A DNA stretch of 64,000 bases from an uncultured Dehalococcoidia bacterium (GTDB taxonomy: Bacteria; Chloroflexota; Dehalococcoidia; Lucifugimonadales; UBA826): positions 9,688 through 73,687 of the forward strand of contig CAYFIW010000003.1 in assembly GCA_964343265.1 (NCBI GenBank), read 5' to 3'. Positions 41,066-50,526 of the stretch are shown in pieces (the first letter of the stretch is position 1; every line of letters starts with the position of its first letter). The translations under genes and the position numbers were made by a program. The notes below the pieces were generated by a model. That model worked only from the letters and a program-made list of their open reading frames with translations. It was not told where the DNA came from and searched no databases.

Positions 41066-42166
41066 CTATAAAAGTCTGAAAGGGATAGATAATTCTCCAC
41101 AAATATCTTTAAACCATTCAATCACTTCAGTGTGTAAAGGAATTCCATCTTTAGACCTTTTGTCATATTCTTCAGATTCCGGCTGACCAGGGTACATAAC
41201 CCTGTCATGACCAGGAGCAGGTTTCGATGATGTCAATGAGTGTATCCACTCGTCCATAGTCGCTTTGAATTCATTGGTATCCATAAAAGCTTCGATACTA
41301 TAAGCAGCGACATAGTGCCCGAAATTAGGTCTTCCTGGATTTAACCCATACCCTCCTCCAGTCAATATACCACTAAGAATATCTACAACACACATAAGGC
41401 CATATCCTTTGTGTGAACCAAGCTCTCTTGTACCTCCGAGGGGCACCAAATATGAAGAAGCTGAAGACTCATATCCTGGAACAGGTGGATCAACTTCGTC
41501 CATTATCGGTGTCCCGTCGTTATCCGCAACCCAGCCGCCCAGAAGTTTTGTTTCGTTCCTTCGTGCCAAACCTAATTTATTACCAGCAACGGCACTCATT
41601 GCAGCATCGAAAACAAATGGGGCCTCTTTGTCAGCCGGAGCTGCCACAGCTATTGGATTCGTCCCCAAAACCGGCTCAGACCCAAAAGTGGGAAGAACCC
41701 CAGGAGGACATGATGTCATACACATGCCTATCATATCGTGTTCCACTGCCTTTAAAGCATGATACGAAGCCATACCCAAATGTCTTGAGTTATGTATCGT
41801 CACAACTCCCATACCGACATCATTTGCTTTCTGAATAGCTATATCCATTGCACGAGGCGCTATCAGAATACCAAGCCCTCGATCTCCATCAATATTTGCT
41901 GTGGAAGGAGTTTCTCTAGTTATCTGCCAATTTGGATTAGGATTTATTTCTCCAGATCCATAACCTGTCACATAACTTCTGAGCATATTAGATACCCCAT
42001 GTGTATCCACACCTCTCATATCAGCTTTTACAAGAACATCGGCCCCAAGAGTACAATCTTCCTCCGAGAGTCCCATTTTTCGAAAAACAGATTCTACGGT
42101 AGCTCTCAGATTTTCTTCCTTAACTCTAACGGCATCTTCTGGCTTAACTTTAAATTGTTCTAACAA
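41066..42166 (-). CDS. Ldh_2-family (malate/L-lactate/sulfolactate dehydrogenase type 2) oxidoreductase
   Basis: 366 aa. MRGVDTHG, GTNPIAVAAP and GSHKGYGL segments characteristic of the Ldh_2 family. Confidence 0.8.
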   Translation of the reverse strand: MLEQFKVKPEDAVRVKEENLRATVESVFRKMGLSEEDCTLGADVLVKADMRGVDTHGVSNMLRSYVTGYGSGEINPNPNWQITRETPSTANIDGDRGLGILIAPRAMDIAIQKANDVGMGVVTIHNSRHLGMASYHALKAVEHDMIGMCMTSCPPGVLPTFGSEPVLGTNPIAVAAPADKEAPFVFDAAMSAVAGNKLGLARRNETKLLGGWVADNDGTPIMDEVDPPVPGYESSASSYLVPLGGTRELGSHKGYGLMCVVDILSGILTGGGYGLNPGRPNFGHYVAAYSIEAFMDTNEFKATMDEWIHSLTSSKPAPGHDRVMYPGQPESEEYDKRSKDGIPLHTEVIEWFKDICGELSIPFRLL

Positions 42167-42384
42167 TTATTTCCTCCGTAACATTAAAAAATTACAGGAA
42201 GCATCCTGTCATACGAATTCTAACGATTTAAATACTTTGAAAGCAATTTATTCAAAAAAAATGCCAGTAAGTATTACCTAACTATCTCAGTTTGTATACA
42301 CTTAGTATAAGTTTCGAATTAATGTCGCCCCATGTATAAACAAAGTTCCTGTGGGCAATAGCCGATCACAGGCATATATTAACC

Positions 42385-43971
42385 TTGAATAACTACTTAA
42401 ACACAATATCACGACCTAAGCTTTTAGAATCTATATGCTTAGCAATAGCACTATCTGCAACTCTGCCACTTATATATCTAATACTACGATCATTAAATGC
42501 AGAAACTAGTTCTTGGTTGTGGTTAATAAGATTAAACACTCTAGAGATTGTATGGAGATCAATATCACTAGCAATATCCGTCATGACCCTGAGTTTTGCA
42601 ATAGGAATACCGTTAGGAATCATAATTTTTAAATCTGATGTTAAATGGTCAAGATTCTGGGACATCGCAACAGTTTTACCGCTTGTAATACCTAGCTATG
42701 TTGGGGCGTATTTGTTTATTTCGATTACTCAACCCAAAGGATTAGGCCAAAGATTACTAGACCCACTGATAGGTGTAGATAGATTTCCTAATTTATACGG
42801 TTTCACGGGATCCCTGATTGTTCTAAGCATTTTAAATTACCCCTACGTCTTGTTGACTATACGTAGCGCGATTAAACAACTGGACCCATCAGAAGAAGAA
42901 TCGGCCCGCTCCCTTGGGCTATCTCAACTAGCTACATTATTACGGGTAACTATTCCTCAACTTCGTCCCGCGATACTTTCAGGTGGACTACTTGTAGGAT
43001 TATACGTTTTGAGTGATTTCGGAGCAGTTTCACTCCTAAGATACAAAACATTCACATGGGCCATATATAATCAGTACGAGGCATCTTTCGACAGAAATAC
43101 AGCTGCTCTGCTAGCGTTATTCTTATGCAGTGTGGCAGCAATATTTGTATATCTCGAATCCATTCCAAAATCTAAATCCAACTACTATAGAACTTCATCA
43201 GGAACAGCGAGGAAGTTACCTTTAATAAGTCTTGGTAAAATGCAGTTGCCATGCCTAGTGTTTTGCGGAATTATTTTTGTAGTTTCGGTTTTAATTCCTA
43301 TTTCAGTCTTAATATATTGGCTCTTAAATGGATTGCAAAATGGCGAAAACATCCAATTGTTTTTTAGACCTGCTCTTAATTCATTGACAATATCTATACT
43401 TACTGCGTCACTTGTTTCAGTAGCTGTAATCCCAATTGCCTATTTGTCCTGCAGACGGAAAACCAAATTAAGTTTCCTGATTGAAAAAATTTGCTACACA
43501 GGATTTGCTTTGCCAAGTATCGCTGTATCGATATCCCTTGTCTTCTTAGCATCTAAAATCGGAAGTCCGGTCTATCAATCTTTGTGGGTATTGATCTTTG
43601 GTTGTTTTATATTATATTTACCTACCGGGTTGGGATCAGTAAAAAGTACAATGTTACAAATCAGCCCTTCTCTTGAAGAATCATCCAAAACCTTAGGCAT
43701 AGGAAGCATAAGGACTTCCACAAATATAACTTTGCCATTGTTACGACCAGGAATAATAGCTGGTTTTGCCATAGTATTCTTAGTTACGATGAAAGAACTT
43801 CCCGCCGTCTTAATGTTGTCCCCTCTCGATTTCAGAACACTAACAACAGACATTTGGTCATATTCTTCCGAGGCATTTTTTGCTCAAGCAGCAATTCCAT
43901 CTCTGTCACTAATCATTTTGTCAGCTATTCCTATCTCAGTCGTATTCATCAAAACAAATTTAAAAAACTAA
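42385..43971 (+). CDS. ABC importer permease, duplicated (two-domain) FbpB/ThiP type
   Basis: 528 aa with two EAA-type loops (EESARSLGLSQLATLLRVTIPQLRPA and EESSKTLGIGSIRTSTNITLPLLRPG). TTG start. Confidence 0.85.
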   Translation: MNNYLNTISRPKLLESICLAIALSATLPLIYLILRSLNAETSSWLWLIRLNTLEIVWRSISLAISVMTLSFAIGIPLGIIIFKSDVKWSRFWDIATVLPLVIPSYVGAYLFISITQPKGLGQRLLDPLIGVDRFPNLYGFTGSLIVLSILNYPYVLLTIRSAIKQLDPSEEESARSLGLSQLATLLRVTIPQLRPAILSGGLLVGLYVLSDFGAVSLLRYKTFTWAIYNQYEASFDRNTAALLALFLCSVAAIFVYLESIPKSKSNYYRTSSGTARKLPLISLGKMQLPCLVFCGIIFVVSVLIPISVLIYWLLNGLQNGENIQLFFRPALNSLTISILTASLVSVAVIPIAYLSCRRKTKLSFLIEKICYTGFALPSIAVSISLVFLASKIGSPVYQSLWVLIFGCFILYLPTGLGSVKSTMLQISPSLEESSKTLGIGSIRTSTNITLPLLRPGIIAGFAIVFLVTMKELPAVLMLSPLDFRTLTTDIWSYSSEAFFAQAAIPSLSLIILSAIPISVVFIKTNLKN

Positions 43972-43984
43972 CAACAATATACTC

Positions 43985-45061
43985 ATGAAAAAAAACATAT
44001 TGACCTGTAAAAGAATAAAGAAACGATTTCGTGAAGTGATGGCGATTTCAAATGTGGACATTAATCTCAAGGACGGTGAAATAATGTCCATTCTAGGTCC
44101 AAGTGGATGTGGAAAAACGACACTCTTAAGAATAATTGCAGGACTGGAAACACCCGATTCAGGAAAAATCACTTTGAAAGAAACCACTCTCTACGAGAAT
44201 AACTTGTTCGTCGAGCCAAATCTAAGAGGAATAGGAATGGTTTTTCAGGAGTACGCCCTATTTCCTCATTTGACAGTCAAAGAAAATATTTTGTTTGGTA
44301 TACGTAGTTTGTCGAAAAAAGATCAACATAGAATATTAGAAGATATCCTGAAACTAACCCGAGTAGAAGAATTGGAATTGAGATACCCATCAGAGCTTTC
44401 TGGGGGCCAACAGCAAAGAGTAGCGCTTGCAAGAACTTTAGCGACTAAACCCAATATACTACTCATGGATGAACCTTTTTCAAATCTAGATGCTTCATTA
44501 AGAAGCACTGTAAGAACTGAAGTGAAAGAGATTCTCAAACGAAGTAATACATCGACCATATTTGTTACACATGATAAAGAAGAGGCATTTTCCATATCGG
44601 ACAAGGTAGCAATCATGTTTGAGGGAGTAATACATCAAGTAGATCCTCCTGACAAAATATATTTTTGGCCAGAAACTAAACAAGTAGCATCGCTTACTGG
44701 TAGCTGTGAATTTATAGATGGTATTATCGACGGATCGTATGTAATAACCTCCCTTGGCAGAATCCCACGTAGGGTAACTGAAGATTTAGTCGATGGAACA
44801 AGAGTTGACGTCGCAATAAGGCCCAATGATTTCATCATGAAAGCTGATCCATCAGCAAATAATGTTGTAATCCGAAAGGAATTTAGGGGAGAGGATACTC
44901 TTTTTTGGATAAAAACATCTGGTGGAGACATAATTTGCTGTAAACACAAAATACACACCACACTTTTTGTTGGTCTAAAGGTAATGCTCGCGGCCGAAAA
45001 ATACGCGAATTTCAATGTGTTTAGGAAATGTGACGAAAACAATGAAAATAGAACATCTTAA
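43985..45061 (+). CDS. ABC importer ATPase (FbpC/PotA-like with C-terminal TOBE-like domain)
   Basis: GPSGCGKTT, LSGGQQQRVALAR, LLMDEPFSNLD and VTHD motifs. 358 aa. Confidence 0.9.
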   Translation: MKKNILTCKRIKKRFREVMAISNVDINLKDGEIMSILGPSGCGKTTLLRIIAGLETPDSGKITLKETTLYENNLFVEPNLRGIGMVFQEYALFPHLTVKENILFGIRSLSKKDQHRILEDILKLTRVEELELRYPSELSGGQQQRVALARTLATKPNILLMDEPFSNLDASLRSTVRTEVKEILKRSNTSTIFVTHDKEEAFSISDKVAIMFEGVIHQVDPPDKIYFWPETKQVASLTGSCEFIDGIIDGSYVITSLGRIPRRVTEDLVDGTRVDVAIRPNDFIMKADPSANNVVIRKEFRGEDTLFWIKTSGGDIICCKHKIHTTLFVGLKVMLAAEKYANFNVFRKCDENNENRTS

Positions 45062-45944
45062 AAATACAAAAGAATTAACAAGAAGTTATATTGAAGAAAT
45101 TTTATATCCGACATGTGAATTCTACAGAAATGGTAGTGGAAAAACATCAAATTCTCTTCAAAACAAAACCCTATTTTCTTTATTTTATGAACCAAGCTTA
45201 TTAACAAGAATATCGTTTGAAAGGGCAATAACAATGCTCGGAGGCAATACTCTGCACACAGAGGACGCGTCTCAATTTTTCCCGGTTAAGACTGGGAACT
45301 ATATAGAAAATACTGTTGAGATACTCAATAGTCTACATATTGATGGGGTCGTTATAAGAAGTAGTGAACATGAAATCATAGAAAAAGCGTGTGCCAATTC
45401 CAAAATACCTATAATTAATGGCGGCAGCAATAATGACCACCCGACCCAAGCATTAGCCGACATATATACAATGATTAGAGAAATTGGATATGTGGATAAC
45501 ACTACAATCACCATCATGGGCAGACTGGAACATAGAAACACCAGTGCACTATTACTAGCCCTTTCCTTATTTGATAACCTAGAGGTGCGTCTCTTGAAAT
45601 TAAGCGGCCAAATTGCGCCTGATATACAGGAAATTTGCGAAAGCAGAGGTTTGAAAATTATAGAAATAGGGGATGCTCTTGAGATAGAAGGATCTGATGC
45701 AGTTTACCTAAATAGCCCTAGGACGAATGCTCATTATGAACTTTTGAAGTCGAGAAATCAGCAATTTCCAGTGATAAATGATGAATTCATGAGACTTCTC
45801 AAGCCTAAATCTGCAATATTAGACCCTATGCAGCGAAGTGGTGATTTTTTAATCGAAACTAATGATGAAAGACTTTCATTCTACCGACAATCTGAAAACG
45901 CGCTCTATGTGAGGATGGCAATTCTTGAAAGTCTTATGGGTTAA
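45042..45944 (+). CDS. aspartate/ornithine carbamoyltransferase-fold protein, divergent (not a confident pyrB)
   Basis: About 300 aa and collinear with ATCase. HPTQ is retained (DHPTQALAD), but STRTR reads SLLTR and the HPxP(R) motif reads LDPMQRSG. The start at 45042 overlaps the ABC ATPase gene by 20 nt. Confidence 0.68.
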   Translation: MKIEHLKNTKELTRSYIEEILYPTCEFYRNGSGKTSNSLQNKTLFSLFYEPSLLTRISFERAITMLGGNTLHTEDASQFFPVKTGNYIENTVEILNSLHIDGVVIRSSEHEIIEKACANSKIPIINGGSNNDHPTQALADIYTMIREIGYVDNTTITIMGRLEHRNTSALLLALSLFDNLEVRLLKLSGQIAPDIQEICESRGLKIIEIGDALEIEGSDAVYLNSPRTNAHYELLKSRNQQFPVINDEFMRLLKPKSAILDPMQRSGDFLIETNDERLSFYRQSENALYVRMAILESLMG

Positions 45945-45947
45945 ATA

Positions 45948-47192
45948 CTACCTATAGGCTGACTCTAGAAACAATCTCTTCAACACCTTAGCGAAAAAGG
46001 CCGGAATCCCCGGACCTAATGAGGTTAGAATCGAGTAAATTTCCTTGTTACGTACGGTGCTACCAATGATAGAAGCATGCCAGTCAAAAGAAAACTCTTC
46101 AGATGACAAAATTTCTTTTTGTATTTCTATCGAGGAAAATTTTTCCAACAACTTATTAAGTGCCTTATCATCTAAACACTCATACAAAAGCCTAGCGTTA
46201 TATCCAGTCTTTAATTCATCACCAAAAGACTTTTCCCAACGGGATTGGTATCTAGATAATTCTTTTGAATTAAAATTCCCTATCCTCATGCAATATAAAA
46301 TGGTCTCAGCAGCTAGTTGACCAGATATCATGGCATAGTAAATGCCTCCACCCGTAGTCGGTTTTGCAAATCCAGCAGCATCCCCCAAAATCAAAACCCT
46401 TGGACCATAAGTCTTATCAATGGGTCTAAGAGGAATTCCCCATGTTTCTTGATCGTTTAAACATTTTTTTATTATGTTACATTCTGCAAGTTTCGTTGTT
46501 AGTTGATTAAGATATGAACCATTTTTCGATTTGGATACGATTCCCAACAATGCCTGGGATTTATCTTTTGGAACTAGCCAAGCGAAAGAACCAGGAGAAA
46601 TTTCAGATCCTGTAAAAAGTTGAATGTGATCTAGACTCTCAGCCTCCACCACTATTTGAGTCCCAATCAAGAAGTCTGTTTGTTTACCTTGATTCAAATT
46701 AACCTGATCAAGCAAGCCTGTACCAAAACCACTAGCTATAAGAATTACAGGTGCCGTTATAAGCACCAATTTCTCATTATAAAGTGCCCTAACTTCTACC
46801 CCCGAGTGGTCAATAGAAACCGAAACCACCCTATGCCCTAAAAGATATTTAGCTCCTTTTGACTGTGCCGATTCCGCTATAGAATTTACATAAGAAACCC
46901 TATCAACAACGAGAGCCCTGGTACTCTTATCACCCAAAAGAAATTTTTCTCCCGATGGTGAATGAACGGACACCTGATCGACACTACCGAAAATCATATC
47001 GGAAGCAGGTTGAAATAGAGAGGCGCATTCGAGGCCAATTACGCCTGTACACAATTTATCCCCAATAGTTTCCCTGTGGTCAACGACTATTGCATTAAGA
47101 CCAGACTCACTTAGCTGCAAAGCAGCTGCGTTCCCTCCAGGCCCGGCTCCAACAATAATTACATCGCAAGTTTGCACATAGTTTTGTGTCAT
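45948..47192 (-). CDS. geranylgeranyl reductase-family FAD-dependent oxidoreductase
   Basis: 414 aa. N-terminal dinucleotide motif VIIVGAGPGGNAAA and a GDAAGFAKPTTGGGI motif. Confidence 0.8.
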   Translation of the reverse strand: MTQNYVQTCDVIIVGAGPGGNAAALQLSESGLNAIVVDHRETIGDKLCTGVIGLECASLFQPASDMIFGSVDQVSVHSPSGEKFLLGDKSTRALVVDRVSYVNSIAESAQSKGAKYLLGHRVVSVSIDHSGVEVRALYNEKLVLITAPVILIASGFGTGLLDQVNLNQGKQTDFLIGTQIVVEAESLDHIQLFTGSEISPGSFAWLVPKDKSQALLGIVSKSKNGSYLNQLTTKLAECNIIKKCLNDQETWGIPLRPIDKTYGPRVLILGDAAGFAKPTTGGGIYYAMISGQLAAETILYCMRIGNFNSKELSRYQSRWEKSFGDELKTGYNARLLYECLDDKALNKLLEKFSSIEIQKEILSSEEFSFDWHASIIGSTVRNKEIYSILTSLGPGIPAFFAKVLKRLFLESAYR

Positions 47193-47475
47193 ATTATTTA
47201 GTAATTTACCAGCCTTTTCCTATGAGTTAACAGACCGATTTTCCCAAAAATAATTAATAGAAACAAGATTGTACAACTCACACAATTTATAACGTACACG
47301 GTCATATACAAAGAAATCTCTGCTTAATATATTCTAGACAACGTGCCCAAAGTTTGTAATTTACTTACTGAATATAGATAGCAGTAGGAAATAGGCACTA
47401 AAGCAATACGGAATCAATTATAATTTCATAAACTTAAGTATAGTTTTGTTTAGCAATATTTTAAGGATTTCCCTA

Positions 47476-48960
47476 ATGACAAGTAAATATGAAACAGTGA
47501 TAGGTCTGGAAGTCCACTCACAATTACTTACAAAAAGTAAGATGTTTTGCTCATGCGACTCAGACTACCAGAAAGCAAGTCCGAATAGTCGAGTATGCCC
47601 CGTTTGTATGGGAATGCCGGGTGTTCTTCCCGTCATTAACAAGCATGCTGTGGAACTGGTTATAAGAACCGGTCTGGCTTTAGGGTGTGAGATATCTACA
47701 CTAACGAAGTTCGACAGAAAGAATTATCCTTACCCAGACTTAATGAAAGGATACCAAATATCACAATTCGACATGCCTGTAGCGGAATCCGGAGTCTTAG
47801 AAATTGATGCTTCATCAGGTAATAAAAGAACCATAGGGGTAACTAGAGTTCATTTAGAGGAAGACGTGGCAAAGCTAGTTCACAGAGAAGAAACCCATGG
47901 TGATTCTTTTAGCCTGCTAGACATAAATAGAGCCGGGGTACCCTTGATGGAAATAGTCAGTGAACCCGACATGAGGACGCCCGAAGAGGCCCATAGTTAT
48001 TTGACTTCACTACACTCAATAATTAGATATATAGGCGCGAGCACAGCTAATATGGAAGAAGGTAGTTTTCGATGTGACGCTAATATCAGCTTGCGTCCGT
48101 TCGGAAGCGATCAACTTGGCAGTAAAGTGGAAATAAAAAATGTGAATAGTTTCCGTTCAGTTCTAAGGGCTTTAAAGTACGAGGAAAAACGGCAAGCGGT
48201 TGCACTAGATAGGGGAGAGAAAATAATCCAAGAAACCAGAGGTTGGTCAGATGACCAAGATATGACTGTACCTCAGCGAACCAAAGAGTATGCATCTGAT
48301 TATAGATATTTCCCAGAACCTGACCTACCACCAATCAAAATACCACGGGGCTGGGTTACAGATATAAAATCCGATGTACCAGAACTACCCAGCTCAAAGA
48401 CAAAGCGCTATATGTCAGATTTTGGTCTTTCCAATTATGATGCTAATCTACTTGTTTCAGATATAGAAGTTGCAGCATTCTTTGAGCAAATTGTTGCTGA
48501 ATTTAAGAATCCCGGAAAAGAATTACTAGAACCCAGATGCAAAGTCACGGCCAATCTTATCAATGTCGAACTATCTAGGCTGACTAACGAAACTGGTTGG
48601 AATTTAGGAAGGTCTAAAATTACACCGCATTCCATGTCTGTAATCGTATTAATGTTGGAGGAAAATAAGCTGAGTAGCACCACAGCAAAGACACTAATTC
48701 AAGAAATATATGAAAATGGCGGAGACCCTGAAGTGATATCAAAAAACTTGGGACTTATCCAGGTCAACGACGCGTCCGCGATTGATTCTACGATCGATGA
48801 AGTTTTATCCGAAAACCCCCAAGCAATCCAAGAATTTCTTTCAGGTAAGGATTCCGTATTACGATTCCTAGTTGGTCAAGTCATGAAAAAATCCAAGGGT
48901 TCGGCAAATCCTGAAATAGCCAATTCTTCTCTTATAGAAAAATTAGAAACTATGAGGTAG
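47476..48960 (+). CDS. gatB: Asp/Glu-tRNA amidotransferase subunit B
   Basis: YETVIGLEVHSQL N-terminus right after the Met at 47476 (the track start at 47446 is too early). C-terminal YqeY-like domain. Confidence 0.93.
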   Translation: MTSKYETVIGLEVHSQLLTKSKMFCSCDSDYQKASPNSRVCPVCMGMPGVLPVINKHAVELVIRTGLALGCEISTLTKFDRKNYPYPDLMKGYQISQFDMPVAESGVLEIDASSGNKRTIGVTRVHLEEDVAKLVHREETHGDSFSLLDINRAGVPLMEIVSEPDMRTPEEAHSYLTSLHSIIRYIGASTANMEEGSFRCDANISLRPFGSDQLGSKVEIKNVNSFRSVLRALKYEEKRQAVALDRGEKIIQETRGWSDDQDMTVPQRTKEYASDYRYFPEPDLPPIKIPRGWVTDIKSDVPELPSSKTKRYMSDFGLSNYDANLLVSDIEVAAFFEQIVAEFKNPGKELLEPRCKVTANLINVELSRLTNETGWNLGRSKITPHSMSVIVLMLEENKLSSTTAKTLIQEIYENGGDPEVISKNLGLIQVNDASAIDSTIDEVLSENPQAIQEFLSGKDSVLRFLVGQVMKKSKGSANPEIANSSLIEKLETMR

Positions 48961-48963
48961 GAA

Positions 48964-50241
48964 TTGTCATATAAAAATAGTCCATATGACTCTAGTTCAA
49001 AAAGCACATCTAGAATTTTGCGTCTGCTATATCCTGGAATAAAGATCAAGAGGTGGCTTTTCCTAGGCATGGCCGGGGTCATAATTTGTTCAGTCGGAGC
49101 CACCTTTTATTTCCGAAGACTTATAGATCAACAGTTCCCGGAATTCTTGTCCAATTATGCGGAACCCCCTATGGCTGTAATCGGGTTGATTGTTGGACTC
49201 ACAATAATTTTACTAGCTCTTGCAGGTCTGTATAAAACCTTTAAACCATTGTTAATTGGGAATCCAGCCATAGGAGAAATAGGATACACACTATACAGGC
49301 GTCTGCATTTGCAAAGAGGTCCTCGAATCGTGGCGTTAGGTGGTGGTACGGGTATGTCTGTTTTATTAAGTGGTCTTAAAGATCACACTGATAATCTAAC
49401 AGCGATAATTGGCGTTTCAGATGATGGAGGCAGTTCGGGCAGGCTAAGACGTGAACTCGGGGTATTACCTCCTGGAGACTTTCGAAATTGCATCGTTGCT
49501 ATGTCTGACGAAGAATCTCTATTACCAGAATTGCTTCAATACCGATTTACTGAGGGAGAAGGATTAAAAGGTCACAGTTTTGGCAATTTATTCCTTATTG
49601 CTATGTCAAACGTGACTTCGGGCTTTGAAAACGCTCTTTCTGAATCTTCTAAAGTTCTCGCTGTAAGAGGAACAATTTTACCAGCTACCACGAACAACTT
49701 GAAACTGTCGGCAAAGATGACGAGCGGAGATATAATACATGGTGAATCGAACATAACACAAAGCGCAAACGTTGTTGATACTTTATTTATAGACCCACCA
49801 ACTGCGGAAGCCTTTCAACCTGCAGTTGAGGCTATTATGAATGCCGACATTGTAGTAATGGGGCCAGGTAGTCTTTATACCAGCATATTACCTAACCTAA
49901 TGGTTAATGGTATAAAAGACGCAATTTTAGAAACAAAAGCAATAAAATTCTACGTTTGCAACGTCGCTACTGAATCTGGAGAGACCAACGGATATGATGT
50001 TTTTGACCATGTGAAAGCACTTCTTCGCCATACCCATCCCAACATGATTGACATAGTGATAGCAAATGACAATTTTCAGGATGTTGGACCAGATTTTCAA
50101 AGTGAATCAGTAAAAATAGGTGAAAAATATAATATAGATCAAGTTATTTCCTCAGGTGACCTCATAGATGAGTCCCATCCGATAAGACATGATTCAACTA
50201 AATTATCAAATTTCATTATAGACAAATACGGGAAATTATAA
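48964..50241 (+). CDS. YvcK/CofD-family (gluconeogenesis factor-like) protein with N-terminal two-TM extension
   Basis: IVALGGGTGMSVLLSGLK and VSDDGGSSGRLR motifs from about residue 100. Residues about 30-90 form two hydrophobic helices. TTG start with GAGG upstream. Confidence 0.8.
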   Translation: MSYKNSPYDSSSKSTSRILRLLYPGIKIKRWLFLGMAGVIICSVGATFYFRRLIDQQFPEFLSNYAEPPMAVIGLIVGLTIILLALAGLYKTFKPLLIGNPAIGEIGYTLYRRLHLQRGPRIVALGGGTGMSVLLSGLKDHTDNLTAIIGVSDDGGSSGRLRRELGVLPPGDFRNCIVAMSDEESLLPELLQYRFTEGEGLKGHSFGNLFLIAMSNVTSGFENALSESSKVLAVRGTILPATTNNLKLSAKMTSGDIIHGESNITQSANVVDTLFIDPPTAEAFQPAVEAIMNADIVVMGPGSLYTSILPNLMVNGIKDAILETKAIKFYVCNVATESGETNGYDVFDHVKALLRHTHPNMIDIVIANDNFQDVGPDFQSESVKIGEKYNIDQVISSGDLIDESHPIRHDSTKLSNFIIDKYGKL

Positions 50242-50304
50242 CTTAATACCTTAACGACACTAGTTAAAAACAAAATTCAAGTTATAATTGGAAGCTGAAT
50301 ATTT

Positions 50305-50526
50305 ATGGATACTTTTATAAACATACTAATGATCGTACTGTCTGTGGTGCTTGTAGGAGTAATACTCATGCAAGTCAAAGGACAAGGAACAGCCTTGTTT
50401 GGGGCTGCTGAGTCATCGTACAGAACAAGACGTGGTATTGAACTTTTGTTGTTCAGATTCACAATAGTATTGGTATGTGTGTTCATCCTCGTGGCTATAG
50501 TGAGTGCGTGGATGGTAGAGAACTAA
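50305..50526 (+). CDS. secG: preprotein translocase subunit SecG
   Basis: 73 aa, two TM helices flanking LMQVKGQGTALFG (the SecG Gly-rich loop). Confidence 0.78.
   Translation: MDTFINILMIVLSVVLVGVILMQVKGQGTALFGAAESSYRTRRGIELLLFRFTIVLVCVFILVAIVSAWMVEN

Noticed and set aside
42167-42384. TPP riboswitch or Fur box upstream of the Thi/Fbp-type ABC permease.
   Set aside because: No CUGAGA...ACCUGAUCUGGAUAAUGCCAGCG-like core was seen, and no GATAATGATAATCATTATC-like site. Only a short generic hairpin is present.
45042-46320. Apparent low-GC patch (ATCase-like gene and the 3' part of the reductase gene) as a sign of horizontal acquisition.
   Set aside because: Hand counts of single 60-nt lines range from about 22% to about 53% GC in housekeeping genes as well. 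Without a computed sliding-window GC or codon-usage analysis the signal is not supportable.
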